Notes under the pieces: model-generated
Seen by the model: the letters and a program-made list of their open reading frames with translations, nothing else
Told to the model about the DNA's origin: nothing
Databases searched by the model: none
Origin: an uncultured Chloroflexia bacterium
GTDB lineage: Bacteria; Chloroflexota; UBA6077; JACCZL01
Reading direction: 5' to 3'
DNA: 64,000 bases
Assembly: GCA_963765765.1 (NCBI GenBank)
Contig: CAVXYC010000030.1
Coordinates: 32,001 to 96,000, forward strand
Shown: piece after piece, positions 63,126-64,000 of the stretch
How positions within the stretch are numbered: position 1 is the stretch's first letter
Layout: each line of letters starts with the position of its first letter
Program-made: the position numbers and the translations under genes

Positions 63126-64000
63126 CTACTGGATGACTTCGGTGGCCTGCGTCAGGATGGACGGCGGGATGGTCAGCCCCAGGGCCTGCGCTGTTTTGAG
63201 ATTGATGACGAAGTCAAACCGTGGGCCGCTCCATCGGCAGGTCGCCGGGGCGAGCGCCGCGCAGGATCTTGTCCACGTATGGCGACGCACTCCGGTAGAC
63301 CTCGGATCGACTCAGCCCATATGCCAGCAAGCCTCCGGCCCGAGCGAACCCGGATTTTCTGCTGATCGACGGCAGCCGATACTGGAGCGCTAACTCGGCG
63401 AGGCGTCCCCACGCAGAGTCGAACTGAGGGTTGGTGAGAATCTTGAGGGCATCGGCGCCGTCTGCGGACATGGCCGCGAACGCTTCGTCGAGGCCGCTGA
63501 GGTCCGGGATGGGACGATGTGAAGCTGTAGCCCAGCCCAGGGCGCGGCCTCCTGGAGCGCCCGCTCGCGCGCGCTCCGCGGCGGTGGGGTGGGCGCGGGC
63601 TGAGCGGAGCACGGCTACGCGGGAGGCGAGCGGGACCGCTTCCTTCAAGAGTTGAAGCTGCTTGCCTTCCAGCTGCGCCCGCTCACGCCGGCCATCCCGG
63701 TGATATTCCCGCCGGGCGCGCGATGTTGTCGACGAGCCCGATCTCAATCGCTCGCCGCAGACGAGGATCGCCACGAGGGGGAGGGTGACTGGTCGCCTGC
63801 TTGGCGGCGGCGCTAGCCTTCGAGGCCGTACGCAACCAGCTCGACGTTCCGCGCACGAGCTCGTTCGCGAGGGCCCGTACCGTTGAGAGTCCCCTCGGAC
63901 CAGCGGGACTCCACGGCGAGGTTGCGCCCCTCGACCCAGCCCAGCTCCGCATCTCATCCCAGAACGCGTCCCAACGGGCGCTAGGCGAATCACCGAGGAC
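63126..64000 (-). pseudogene. ABC_sub_bind (PF04392-like) substrate-binding protein, several frameshifts, 5' partial
   Basis: GKQLQLLKEAVP, GGLLAYG, YVDKILRGARPGDLPMERPT, then INLKTAQALGLTIPPSIL in another frame. Confidence 0.75.

Overview
GC-rich bacterial chromosomal window. Lipoproteins with long Ala/Pro/Thr linkers and many orphan solute-binding proteins suggest a soil Chloroflexota-like genome; this is inference only. About 15 single-base frameshifts, several in G/C runs, look like uncorrected long-read errors. Content: (1) a CoA-ester catabolic cluster (acyl-CoA dehydrogenase, DUF35 plus a Cys-less thiolase-like protein, SDR, MaoC, acyl-CoA ligase, TetR) with a visible promoter and two operator palindromes; (2) aromatic catabolism genes (ligAB, Rieske ferredoxin and oxygenase, FAH-family hydrolase, a degenerate LigB-like protein, an intradiol-like protein); (3) seven ABC substrate-binding proteins with no ABC permease, plus a TAXI-TRAP system; (4) assorted oxidoreductases, hydrolases and regulators, including an mcrB/mrd-like pair; (5) a right-end accessory island with a Phd/PIN toxin-antitoxin remnant, a low-GC DUF4917/SIR2-like gene, a Zn-finger ORF and a tyrosine recombinase with dif-like sites. 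The most notable signals are a minimal GxxExxY nuclease element bracketed by 31-bp, 10-bp-periodic inverted repeats, the recombinase-SIR2 mini-element, five genes interrupted by in-frame TAG (I found none interrupted by TAA or TGA), and several distinct REP/REPIN-like hairpin families. No rRNA, tRNA or CRISPR array was recognised.
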